A stretch of DNA of 64,000 nt from an uncultured Nitrososphaerota archaeon (lineage in GTDB: Archaea > Thermoproteota > EX4484-205 > JAAOZO01), in the NCBI GenBank assembly GCA_964408285.1, contig CAYOYV010000004.1, forward strand, positions 32,001 through 96,000. Reading direction: 5' to 3'. Made by a program: the position numbers and the translations under genes. The notes below the pieces were generated by a model. That model had not been told where the DNA came from, made no database searches, and worked only from the letters and a program-made list of their open reading frames with translations. Every line of letters starts with the position of its first letter. The first letter of the stretch is position 1. Positions 48,101 through 57,204 of this stretch are shown in pieces.

Positions 48101-48277
48101 GACAGAGTGGCAAACTATGACATGAAAGTCGCATTGGTGCCTGTTGGGGATTATCTTCATGTTGAGTTGGTGGCTCGCGCTGATGACGGAAAATGGACGA
48201 AGCTTCACGACTCTTTTCTCAAGGAAATGGTATATAGCATAAGAGACGAAATCCTGAAGTTCACAGTACCAACTTGA
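45161..48277 (+). CDS. Large FtsX/MacB-like ABC transporter permease (1038 aa)
   Basis: Signal peptide, large extracellular domains, central TM cluster, C-terminal ER.KE.A..SSLGASP..I...F.AEG FtsX motif. Confidence 0.82.
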   Translation: MWLTKSMLFRQFALLLLLAAFVLGPSHVVVAQQDQELYRFNYRVNFNSQDDLVPERLNLTCQFYITTARSIVPLSVVIPVSKSGQSTGNVNVTLDMNPTDVILASIGSDVSLLLGRQNAFYPEARERNFVIQWEVESIGNRFVYTPLAIPSPYMAYMYSNLATDLRIRPTGYFGRSIEVGTRSINVYISLSARAGDKYACDPLGLEDLKYSISFNEPGPIILSRDLSFVIVDARNSTVHIRASYMQSVPALPNQKWIELPFEFDIELEEGRPLALGSRLLSSLEAASMDWLMRESEFLNKSRAVVPDIAAKISQAKEDISSFELAFIDDPASANSFALQRGLKLLAEADDQLAILSSTLSLFVTPAILSLLLILGAILSHLFLNGNKVATLAIAGFASLLAAELHPGLRVFLISLRPDFTTLVTAAMPVLSLLFTGFLIFRGSGPRSQVGLAISTAIRMTKTRKLRGLLTVLAVAVVASAAVPSITVKTVMPVRIQVLETQYEGSLLLSVSNSWRMRMATQGGAASEESGFSSMSSSEPSFYAMTLGFRESTPISLAFYRSSKASGCVIFANLTFLAKYLGLAPRGVNITKVSQAIIVNSRLDTIRQGETLVVAGVPLKVIGFFDSSSLTDLTGRPLEELIEGNELLFQNPTWDSLTSPASSPFGRSVLDQLIAERAPFLLSTKYALPPQIVGVVDINMISGINKRNLVTISVVGTLGSEVDEAKLEGTVRGLISSTKNSLSMVDSEQGISVEFISSISTTISANGQSKQLEIDFPVVLPLGSWTSQLILMSIGGLIIYTVILGSTVERAKESATISSLGASPNFITFSFLAEGLMLGAIGAVIGFSAGYILAIAIGTSSPDVATEFHTLTPMLLVLSTSIVITGLASISPARNAIMKVVPSRKMLTRGIGEIRIDNTGARRIYVPLRLREGQVTPFLDFISRRLGTSSYYEYGMRINGYQIDDLGHRFKVSYTGAGGITDRVANYDMKVALVPVGDYLHVELVARADDGKWTKLHDSFLKEMVYSIRDEILKFTVPT

Positions 48278-48313
48278 CAGCATCGCATCACCTCCTGACT
48301 TGAAATCCAACCG

Positions 48314-49345
48314 TCATCGAAGGTACAATTGGCGGTCCACGAATCGACGCGCATCGTCCATGAGGACATTGGCCACAGACAGCATCGTCTCAGATGAATC
48401 GATGTCGAACAACTCCAAACACTTCAGGTGCCTGTTGACCCACTTTCTCGGATGACCTTGGAATGCATCGGACTGCCCGAACATATCAGGCGGGAGCTTC
48501 TGAAGGCTGGTTAGGTCTCTAAAAAGGGAGGATGTCACGAAGGGAAACTCAATGTACACTATCCAAACGAGATCCCTAGGATCGTTGCGGTAGACTGGTT
48601 CTATCCTGTTGTGAAACCAAGCTTCCGAGTTAGGTTGCTGGATCATGTACTTCGGACCTATTGATTTTCCCCTGAAGAAACCCCAAATCTCACGATAGCC
48701 TTCTTGCAGATGTGATAGCAATTCCTGGCTGTGTTCTATTGTCTTCGGAAACCCGTAGAGTTGACAGCACCTCGTCACAAAATCTTCAGCTCCGTATTTT
48801 CTCACTGCCCGTTCGAGTCTACTGCACCTGCACTTGACGGTCCTGTTCTCCCCAGCAGCTACCGTTAGAACCATACTCATTGTCCATGCATACAGATGGA
48901 GGAATACGATGGTCGATCGAGGGTCAACACTGAGGGCTTCTTCGGCCCTTCTCAATAAGCCATCAGACTCAGCTAGATCGTTCTGAACCATTTGAAGAAG
49001 CTGTTCGTTGAGGTCTCTCGAGCCGAGCTCCTTAGTCATTATACCGTAGGGATCATAGATCGGGCGCGTTTCATATGGCAAGCGCGACAGGCTTTTCTCC
49101 CCAAAAAGGCCGAAGTCTACACTTATGCTGCCCTGCTCAGTGTTCAAGACGGTGAACTCTCGATCTCCCTTCAGGATGACCTCAAGATCTATGTCAGAAT
49201 GGGCCCATGTGTCCTCGTGAGCGAAGGATCCGGCAATGCCGAATGCAAGCACATCTGGGTTCGCCTTCAACCGCTCGACCTCTTTGGTCAGAACGTCTTT
49301 CCATGGAGGAGGAACCTTTCTAATGTCGAAGGGCCTTACATCCAT
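48314..49345 (-). CDS. Nucleotidyltransferase domain protein (Pol-beta superfamily)
   Basis: FGIAGSFA......SDIDL (GS...DxD) followed by a helical domain. Confidence 0.75.
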   Translation of the reverse strand: MDVRPFDIRKVPPPWKDVLTKEVERLKANPDVLAFGIAGSFAHEDTWAHSDIDLEVILKGDREFTVLNTEQGSISVDFGLFGEKSLSRLPYETRPIYDPYGIMTKELGSRDLNEQLLQMVQNDLAESDGLLRRAEEALSVDPRSTIVFLHLYAWTMSMVLTVAAGENRTVKCRCSRLERAVRKYGAEDFVTRCCQLYGFPKTIEHSQELLSHLQEGYREIWGFFRGKSIGPKYMIQQPNSEAWFHNRIEPVYRNDPRDLVWIVYIEFPFVTSSLFRDLTSLQKLPPDMFGQSDAFQGHPRKWVNRHLKCLELFDIDSSETMLSVANVLMDDARRFVDRQLYLR

Positions 49346-49551
49346 CTCAATTCTACATAGATCGTTATTACCATTTATTTGTACGTGTTCAGTGAAGGTC
49401 TGGCCAAACCGGATCTGGCCTCAAAGGCTGTACTGAGGGTGATTGCACAATCGGGGAGGAAGAGCGGGTAGAAGGCCCGATCGCCTAATTCTAGACCAAA
49501 TAGAAACCAACACTTATAACGCTCGGTAGCTTGTCAAGAACCAAACGCAGG

Positions 49552-50073
49552 ATGGCCAAATTCAGAAAAGTGACTCTGGTTGGGCTGTCCATTGCTACAT
49601 TGGGGCTATTTGCGGTGCTGGTATTGTCTTTTCCTGTTACGAGTGCGGAAGAGATGATCAACATTTCGCTCGAACTTAATTCTGGAGCTGAATATGGTCC
49701 CCCGAGATCAGGAACCGGCTATCATACCCGAATACTTGGTTGGTCGATTCTGAAAGGTGAAGTAATGGCGGAAGGTGGAGACATCCATCTGACTGTCATT
49801 GGCTACAACACCAAGGACCTCGAGGATGTACAAGTAGGTCAGCATTGCAGTTTCGCTATCGATCGAGCGGATGATTTGTACACCTTCAGATTCCGCAACT
49901 CAGGGATCAGCGCAAGCTTGATCCATTTCACCTTGGAGGAGATCTGGACTAGGCCTTTGGCATTCGCCTCAGGTCAGTTTTTCGTGCTGAGTTTGTTCTC
50001 AATCCTCCTGTTGGCTATTGGCATAATCATCCTAACCGTGACTTATCTTCGACATGGTTGGTATTCCACATGA
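49552..50073 (+). CDS. Membrane-anchored protein with a small extracellular beta domain
   Basis: N- and C-terminal TMs; Y.F.F.N pattern; TATA-like CTTATAA upstream. Confidence 0.7.
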   Translation: MAKFRKVTLVGLSIATLGLFAVLVLSFPVTSAEEMINISLELNSGAEYGPPRSGTGYHTRILGWSILKGEVMAEGGDIHLTVIGYNTKDLEDVQVGQHCSFAIDRADDLYTFRFRNSGISASLIHFTLEEIWTRPLAFASGQFFVLSLFSILLLAIGIIILTVTYLRHGWYST

Positions 50074-50102
50074 CAAGAACATAGGCAACGCGCGATATTT
50101 CA

Positions 50103-51533
50103 TCATTGGATTTTGTTGATGCTATCTATAATATTGCCTATTCGACTGATGTTATGCAGGACTAATCTCATCCGGAAAGAGCTCTTGGGTGCCATTGCCA
50201 CTTGCCTAAGAAGATAACTTGGTCTAAGCACAAAATCGCGAAAGCCATCATGGATCATCCGCTTTATTTCGGCTGAGGATATCCCATCAGGACACGCATC
50301 CGACACTAGAACGCCGGTCTCCCAATATTGTTCTTCATCCAGGAGTCCATTGATCTTTAACTCATCCCAAATCGCCATTCCAGGATAGGCGATCAAGACA
50401 TTAAACTGTGGGAGATCTATTGGAAGCTGCTTGGCGAGCTCGAGCGTATTATGAATCTCCTCTTCTGTTTCGCCTGGGGCGCCCAAGATAAATGATCCGA
50501 CTATCATATCTATTCCGGCCATTCTAGCTGCATCAACGGCCTTTCTCCCCTGATCAATGGAGGCTCCCTTGCCGTAGTAATCTAGGATCCTCTGAGTTCC
50601 ACTCTCAATGCCGAAGTATATGACCTTGCATCCGGCTCTAGCCAGCTCCTTGAGCATATCATACGAGCATGTGTCGACCCTTCCTTCACAGAGCCATTCT
50701 ATATCTAATCTCTCGTCCATTATGCTTCTGCAGAGCTCCATCACCCTCTTCTTGTTCAAAGTGAAATTGTCATCCACGAAAATGAACTGCCGGAATCCTT
50801 GGTCCGAAAGGCACCGTAGTTCCTCCAATACGTTTCTGACGGACCTTGCTCTCCAAGTCCTATGGGCGAACTCCTGGCAAACACAGAATCTGCATCGATA
50901 GGTACATCCTCGGCTCGAAACAATGCTAGTGAATTTCCTAGTGGCCAGCTTTGCGCCAGCGACCATGGAATGATACTCGGTGTCAAGCAGATTTCGATCC
51001 GGGAACGGAATTGAATCAAGATTCTCTATCAAAGGTCTATCCGGGGTCGAGACCACTGCGCCGGATTTCCTAAAATTGATCCCCGGAACGTCTTCGAGCT
51101 TACCTTGATTCCTCAAACGCTCCTCAAGATCGAGTATCGTGGCCTCTCCTTCTCCTCGGACTATGATGTCCACAGAAGGGTATTTCCCTAGGATTCGATC
51201 GGCATTGAATGTTGCATAGTAGCCGCCGAAGAGAATCACAACGCTTGGATTCTCCTCCTTGACCTGCTCAGCTATAAGTGCTGCTGTGCGTCCGGAACTA
51301 GCAAATGTAGAGAAACCGAGGATTTGCGGGTCCTCCTTCTTCACCCACTTCAAGGTCTGGTCGATTGTCATACCCTTTGCGGGCTGATCTAGAACTGAGA
51401 CCTCTACCCCTCTTTCCCTGAGCATTGTTGCCAGATACAATATTCCAAGTGGGGGCCACGCTGCAATGCCTCTTCTGCTCTCCCACTCAGGAAGATCTTC
51501 GTTTGGACTTGGGTTGATGAATGAAAGTTTCAC
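50103..51533 (-). CDS. Cobalamin-binding radical SAM protein
   Basis: PPLGILYLA, GEGE, SRGCTYRCRFC (CxxxCxxC), F.DDNF, GIESG. Confidence 0.93.
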   Translation of the reverse strand: MKLSFINPSPNEDLPEWESRRGIAAWPPLGILYLATMLRERGVEVSVLDQPAKGMTIDQTLKWVKKEDPQILGFSTFASSGRTAALIAEQVKEENPSVVILFGGYYATFNADRILGKYPSVDIIVRGEGEATILDLEERLRNQGKLEDVPGINFRKSGAVVSTPDRPLIENLDSIPFPDRNLLDTEYHSMVAGAKLATRKFTSIVSSRGCTYRCRFCVCQEFAHRTWRARSVRNVLEELRCLSDQGFRQFIFVDDNFTLNKKRVMELCRSIMDERLDIEWLCEGRVDTCSYDMLKELARAGCKVIYFGIESGTQRILDYYGKGASIDQGRKAVDAARMAGIDMIVGSFILGAPGETEEEIHNTLELAKQLPIDLPQFNVLIAYPGMAIWDELKINGLLDEEQYWETGVLVSDACPDGISSAEIKRMIHDGFRDFVLRPSYLLRQVAMAPKSSFRMRLVLHNISRIGNIIDSINKIQ

Positions 51534-51673
51534 TTTCTGATTCCGTGACTTCCGGCTGATTTGGTCTTGTATAAAACTGTTTTGAACTGAAGCTACGAAG
51601 GAACTCGCCCTCAGAACTCCGGTAAGGATCTTGCATGGTAAAGGACCACACGAATGCTAAGGGAAACGCCGGC

Positions 51674-51934
51674 TCAGAAAGGCTTTACCTCGAATACGTA
51701 CACTCCAGAGTCAGGAACCTTGCTGATCACGATGGTGTCACTTGGCTTTGCTATTCTGTGCACCGGGAAGTAAATCCTGCCTTTTTCATCTATCCTTGCT
51801 CTGAGTCTTACCCCGACCACGATTATCGGAAAGATGCTTGGGAATGAATTCCTGAACTTCTTCGGGATATATATGTAATCATTGTTGACCTCGCTTGGAG
51901 AGACTTTTTTTCTGAATACCTCTTCTCTGATCAT
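51674..51934 (-). CDS. Small hypothetical protein, possibly AbrB/B3-like beta-barrel DNA-binding
   Basis: YIYIPK.FR..FP and RID.KGRI.FP patterns. Confidence 0.6.
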   Translation of the reverse strand: MIREEVFRKKVSPSEVNNDYIYIPKKFRNSFPSIFPIIVVGVRLRARIDEKGRIYFPVHRIAKPSDTIVISKVPDSGVYVFEVKPF

Positions 51935-52040
51935 TCGCGGTCTTCCTAGTTCCTTTTCAATCCATTCGTCTAGATAAATTCATGCTGAGAGCCTGTAGGG
52001 TAGACTCCAAGAAGCCGACCTCAGGATTGCGTGATTGGGA

Positions 52041-53252
52041 TCAGGTGTTTTCGCGTATCAGTCTTCCGTAGAACTCGCCGGTTGTTGTAAACTTGCCAAC
52101 GAGGATGTTCTCCGCAGCCCTCCTGTTAACCAAGCCAGTCGATTCATCATAAGGCAAATTGGCTGTGCTGGTGTCATATTCGATGTAGGAGAAGAAAAAG
52201 GTCGTGCAGAATGGCGAGATATATTCGATGTTGTATGGGCGGGCTGACCTAACTATGACGGATAGGAGTTGCTGGTCAAGTGGAGCCCAGAAGCTGATAG
52301 AATCCCTCCTGAACACGTCTACGCTTGCGGCCACACTGCTTGTAATGGCATCAGTCTTGTAAAGCCATGCTTCGTCGAGAATTAGGCTCTTGTTATATTC
52401 TCTCGCAATTTCTGCAATGGTCTGGATGCGTTGCAAGAACTCCCCATTGGTGGGGTATACATGCATCGCGATGAATTCTAGGTCAGTACTAGAGGCGAAG
52501 CTCTTGATATGCTCGATATTTCCCCACGTTCCAATCCCTGCCCCGATCTTCGTCCTGCCCCTATCAAGCCCCTCCAGAACATAGTTGATGTATTCTGTGT
52601 ACTTCTGAGGGCTCTTCAGCTCCTCCAGGCGAAGAAGGGCGAATTCGGTGTCTGGTTCTGCGCCTAGGTTCAGGTAATCAGGAGCCAGGTCTCTCACAAT
52701 GGTAGCGACCATGCATTCCTTTTCGTGAACATATCTAGTCCAAGTCAGTCCCACATAGCTTATGTTGATATTTGCGAAAGCTGTCCCCGAAAAGATAACT
52801 CCTGCCTCCACATTAACCTTCATCCCTCTTGGCCTGGCTTCCTGCATGACTAGCTTGTAGAACGCAACGTATTCTTGATAGTTTGGAAAGCTTGGCAAGT
52901 ACGAGGCATAGCTTATGGCTATCGTCACACCTTCTACTCCAAGCTCGTGAAGCCGATCAAGATATACAATGACCCCTTGGATCGCATTTGATCTGAGGAG
53001 GTCCGGTCCCCTATTAACGTTCGCGGGTAGCAGCTCTGCTCCAAATACCACCTGATGTTTTCCTTCTACTCCATGCGAATCCGTATATCATTCATACTTG
53101 TTCAAGTTTGCCCTCAGAAAAGAGTACATATCACGGTAATCTCCCGGTACTGCTGCCGCTTTCAGGAAACTCAGAATGCGGCACAGGATGAGAACGCCAA
53201 TTGCAGAGAGAATGACGAACGCAATCGCGACTACGATATGGCCAGCTTTCAC
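52041..53252 (-). pseudogene. Secreted glycoside-hydrolase-like TIM-barrel protein interrupted by an in-frame TGA (53088-53090)
   Basis: GTG at 53252 with AGGTGA RBS encodes signal anchor MKAGHIVVAIAFVILSAIGVLIL..., in frame with ORF 52041..53051 (EPDTE, MHVYP, LDEAW acid/base and nucleophile-like motifs). Confidence 0.7.
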
Positions 53253-53474
53253 GGTCCAGCTTCACCTAGTTCGACTTCTTGCTCGCAGCTGATCTTTGCA
53301 CAGGATAAACAAATGTGTGGTGACCAAAGGTCTCGAACAACGAAGACGATAGGCTGTTGCTTGTATGATCTACAACGTAATGAACTTCCAGACTATTGCA
53401 ATCTGTAAGATGGGAACTGCGTGGCGCGCGCCGACGGAGATGCTTGGACTGAGCGGTTTTGATTCAGACTGGAG

Positions 53475-54851
53475 TCACAGAGTAAATTGCCTGTGATACG
53501 GATTCAGGTCAGAGTCGAGTGGCTCATTGTTCCCGACGAGGTGCTGTACATCCAAGGGCAACCTGTTGTAGACCCCTACTTTCCTACCCTTTTTCCAGAA
53601 CGCGTCTTCAATGACATCATAGAGGGTCTCAAAAACCGGTTTATGCCTTTCAGTGAAACCCAGCAGGGCAACATCGATCATTAAGGCGACCTCATTGCCT
53701 AGGGGATCGTTTGTATACGGAGTTACTGCTCCATATCCCTCTTGACATTCAGAACAGCCCGTATTATGGATGAAAGTGTAGGGCTCTGTGGGGCTGTTCC
53801 ACTTATTGTCCAAGGTCTTGAGTCTCAATCCCTCAAGGTATCTCTTTCCCTGCTGATCTATGAAATTCGATGGTAGATCGTCCTCTGTGGCCTTCACGAC
53901 TGCATCCATTACAACCCGATAAAGCCCCTCAACAGCTTGGTGGAAGTCCTTTTGGCCATTGGTGAAGGGCCTACCCAATCTGAATGTCCTTCTCATAATA
54001 CCATGATAGCCATTGAATGTTGGACTAACCCCCATCGAGACCATATCACCTTCCCTTAGCAGATTGTTTGTCGCAGGTCCTATTACTGTATAGTTCCGTT
54101 GGCCAGCAGTGACAATAGTGGGGAATCCAGTCCTCCCTGCTCCCAGTTCCTTCATGACAAAATCTCCAACTCCGGCCACCTGAACCTCTGTCATTCCAGG
54201 AGTGGATACAGCCAACATGGCCCTGAAAGCAGCATCTGCTATGATGTTCGCCATTCCACATATAGCCAGTTCCACATCGGATTTCTCATACTTTATGAGC
54301 TGAAGGAGTCTCTCATCGAAAACTACCCTATCTGTCCCAAATATCCTCTGGAAAAGGACGACATGTTCATACGGTATGAACTGCGGGCTGGAGAGAATCG
54401 CAAGGGGTTTAGATTCCGATCTCGTGATATCTTTCAGGATATCTGCGAGTGATTCGAAACGAGCGTGTCTGTAGTCCTCATCTGATATCTGGAATTCCCT
54501 CAGAAGGGCAATATCAGCACCCGATTGCTCAACTCCCTCTTCCATGACATGCCCTCCTTCAGAGCCAGCAAGCACAACTGGTGTACCATCGGCTGGAACG
54601 AGAATCCCGTAACGCTCTATGATCGGGTCAAATATTCCAGCGAGCCATGCCACATCGGATCTATCGAGTTCGCTGCCACACGCGTAAGCAATTCCGTAGC
54701 CCTTCATTCTCATTGCATCTTGCACTGCGGCCCACCTCTTCTTGTACTCATCTCTCTCTATTCGCAATCCAAGATTCACTTTGTCTTTGGTTCCCTCAAT
54801 TATCTCAGCCGCAATCTGGATCATTTCTTCTCGACTCGGATTACGCTCCAT
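53475..54851 (-). CDS. M24 (pita-bread fold) aminopeptidase P/creatinase-like hydrolase
   Basis: EY..R...VQ..M N-domain, KS..EL, PG.TE, GYH...RRT, H.TG....E, IED; several metal ligands are substituted. Confidence 0.8.
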   Translation of the reverse strand: MERNPSREEMIQIAAEIIEGTKDKVNLGLRIERDEYKKRWAAVQDAMRMKGYGIAYACGSELDRSDVAWLAGIFDPIIERYGILVPADGTPVVLAGSEGGHVMEEGVEQSGADIALLREFQISDEDYRHARFESLADILKDITRSESKPLAILSSPQFIPYEHVVLFQRIFGTDRVVFDERLLQLIKYEKSDVELAICGMANIIADAAFRAMLAVSTPGMTEVQVAGVGDFVMKELGAGRTGFPTIVTAGQRNYTVIGPATNNLLREGDMVSMGVSPTFNGYHGIMRRTFRLGRPFTNGQKDFHQAVEGLYRVVMDAVVKATEDDLPSNFIDQQGKRYLEGLRLKTLDNKWNSPTEPYTFIHNTGCSECQEGYGAVTPYTNDPLGNEVALMIDVALLGFTERHKPVFETLYDVIEDAFWKKGRKVGVYNRLPLDVQHLVGNNEPLDSDLNPYHRQFTL

Positions 54852-55017
54852 TCCCACTGACCACCTGAATCTGATCAGGTGTCTGGATTCTGCCCTTATA
54901 TCCATTCTCGGTTCGTGCCTTTCGACCAATTGACGCTGTGCGAAATGACACGCAAGCATGGAGCATCTTTATAGATTCCAGAACAGACTTGTATACCGGA
55001 GCGAGTTGAAAGGAACG

Positions 55018-55800
55018 GTGGACAAGGGACGAAAGCAGAGGGTTGTACTCGCGGTGGGAGCGCACCCCGATGATGTAGAGTTTCTCATGGCCGGAACTCT
55101 TTCCCTTCTTCACAAGAGGGGATGGGATGTCTGCATAGCAACGATTTGTACTGGAGACATGGGATCGATGGAGCTGAGAAAAGAGGAAATCTCCAGCAAA
55201 AGGTTCCAGGAGGCCAAAAGCTCCGCGAGAATTCTCAGAGCGCCCTATGTCTGTCTCGGAGAGTCCGATCTGCACATAGTCTTCGACAACCCCACCCGTT
55301 CAAAGGCAATTGAGCTAGTAAGGAAGATAGATCCTGCCATTGTCATCACTCACTCTCCGGAGGACTACATGTTCGACCACCAGTTGACTGCAGATCTGAT
55401 GTGGGATGCTTGTTTCAGCGCATCGATTCCAAATTATGCGACCGATCAGGCCAACCCGGCAAAGCCGACTAAGAGGACACCATACCTTTACTACTCCGAT
55501 GCTGTGGGGGGCTTGGACAGATTCGGCCGAAGGGTTCGGCCGGATTTCTATGTAGATATAGGTTCAACGATGAACATAAAGGAGAAAATGCTAACAAGAC
55601 ATGAGAGCCAAAGGAGGTGGCTGCGCGAGCAACACGGAATCGACCAATACATACTTCAGATGAAGAAATGGTCAAAGGAAAGAGGATCGGAGATTGGCAG
55701 GAAGTACGCAGAAGCATTCCGTCAGCACAAAGGCCATCCATTCCCAGAAAGCAATATTTTGGTGTCAATCCTTGGCCGGGGGTACATTGAGGTTGGTTGA
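55018..55800 (+). CDS. PIG-L/LmbE family deacetylase
   Basis: AHPDD.E...GTL, R..EA..SA, TH.P.DY..DH, H.SQ, YAEAF; start uncertain (54958, 55006 or 55018). Confidence 0.92.
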   Translation: MDKGRKQRVVLAVGAHPDDVEFLMAGTLSLLHKRGWDVCIATICTGDMGSMELRKEEISSKRFQEAKSSARILRAPYVCLGESDLHIVFDNPTRSKAIELVRKIDPAIVITHSPEDYMFDHQLTADLMWDACFSASIPNYATDQANPAKPTKRTPYLYYSDAVGGLDRFGRRVRPDFYVDIGSTMNIKEKMLTRHESQRRWLREQHGIDQYILQMKKWSKERGSEIGRKYAEAFRQHKGHPFPESNILVSILGRGYIEVG

Positions 55801-55832
55801 TCACCTACCAGTGTTTCTTTTGCTCACTCATG

Positions 55833-56603
55833 TTATTGTTGACTTGCGCAAACAACCTGTGAATCCGAAATCTTCTCGGCCAATATTGTCAAGGAATCGG
55901 ATTCCAGTCCAAAATGGTCGGATAGATCGCCATAGATCTTGACAAGCGTCATTCCAACTTTCTCCAACATGAGGGTCAGTTCTGGAATCGTGTATTCCCT
56001 GAAACTGCTGATGTACGTCTTCGTCGTGTTGGTCTCCTTGTCAAGGACTTCCTCTTCAATATTGAGTCTGCTCGTGATGATGTCGAATGTCCAAATCGAA
56101 CGTACTTTATGGGATTCATAGTCGTATTCGCTTGTGCCGACATATTTCCTTATGTAAGCGTCTCTGTTGTGTAAATCTAGCAAGAGCTTTCCGTCCTCAG
56201 TCAGTGCTTGAGACACCAATTGCAGGACTTGCTCATTTTCCTTGTCCGAGAAGAAGCCGAAACTTGTCCCCCAGCTCACCACGGCATTGAATTGATGACG
56301 ATAATCTAGTTGTCTCATATCTCCTTGGACGAAGTCGACTCTTACTCCCTGATCTCTGGCCAATTGCCTTGCGATCTCAAGGAGGTCGTCGGAGAAGTCA
56401 AGGCCAACGACCCGGTATCCCATTCTCGCAAGTTCGATGGAGATCCTGCCGTAACCGCAACCTAGATCCAATATCCGAGCCCCGGATGGAATCTTCAGTG
56501 CATTTACTATGAAGCGTGCAGATCGAACATTGACTTCCTTCGACTTCATCGGTTCCAATAGGAGCCACTCCTTTGTGAAGTATGTCTTCCACCAATCCTG
56601 CAA
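55833..56603 (-). CDS. Class I SAM-dependent methyltransferase
   Basis: ILDLGCGYGR, VGLDFS, GDMR, SFGFF, REYT..EL..ML; GAGGAG RBS before TTG 56603. Confidence 0.92.
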   Translation of the reverse strand: MQDWWKTYFTKEWLLLEPMKSKEVNVRSARFIVNALKIPSGARILDLGCGYGRISIELARMGYRVVGLDFSDDLLEIARQLARDQGVRVDFVQGDMRQLDYRHQFNAVVSWGTSFGFFSDKENEQVLQLVSQALTEDGKLLLDLHNRDAYIRKYVGTSEYDYESHKVRSIWTFDIITSRLNIEEEVLDKETNTTKTYISSFREYTIPELTLMLEKVGMTLVKIYGDLSDHFGLESDSLTILAEKISDSQVVCASQQ

Positions 56604-56829
56604 GTTTCTCCTCGCATTGCGCTCTCGCATAAGGCTACCAGGACAACCTGGCAGAATATCTACATTAAAGTTTGCAAGCATCGACTTAGACATACCATTG
56701 GTTCTGACCTGCTTTCCGGCAGTTGATCTACCTGCTTCTTGAGCCCAACAATTCCTTGAGATCTATCAATTAGGTTCCGCTCTACAATCCTTAATAGTCT
56801 AATCACGTACCGCCTTCATTCAGAGAGAT

Positions 56830-57189
56830 ATGGTAGAAGAAGTGGCCTGTGACATTTGCAGCGCCAAGGTTCCAAAACCAAGTGGATATCTTCTCAATTC
56901 AAGTGAGGTTATCAACTCGTCGAGATATTGGCAACGGTACTACGAATATCACAAAGACGAATTCCAATTCATGGGAATTTCGTCTTATGAAGGATTCAGA
57001 CGCAATTCGATCTTATGGAACACGACCTACAACACATTGGCAGGTCAACGGACTCCTTGGCTGGTATGTGATAGCTGTATTGCGATCTTCAACGTTGATC
57101 GTCAAAGGGCTAGACGACATGCCGAGCAGTGGTGGGAAAGTGGAGGATCTTTTCAACCCGCAAATTGGTGGGAATTCTGGAAGAAATAA
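56830..57189 (+). CDS. Hypothetical zinc-binding protein
   Basis: CDIC and CDSC pairs; Trp-rich C-terminus WWEFWKK; TATA-like CTTAATA upstream. Confidence 0.65.
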   Translation: MVEEVACDICSAKVPKPSGYLLNSSEVINSSRYWQRYYEYHKDEFQFMGISSYEGFRRNSILWNTTYNTLAGQRTPWLVCDSCIAIFNVDRQRARRHAEQWWESGGSFQPANWWEFWKK

Positions 57190-57204
57190 CTAGCGCAGGT
57201 GATC

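Noticed and set aside
53088-53090. Selenocysteine recoding of the in-frame TGA
   Set aside because: The position is in a linker with no redox or Cys-type motif, I recognised no SECIS-like element, and no sel genes are in view.
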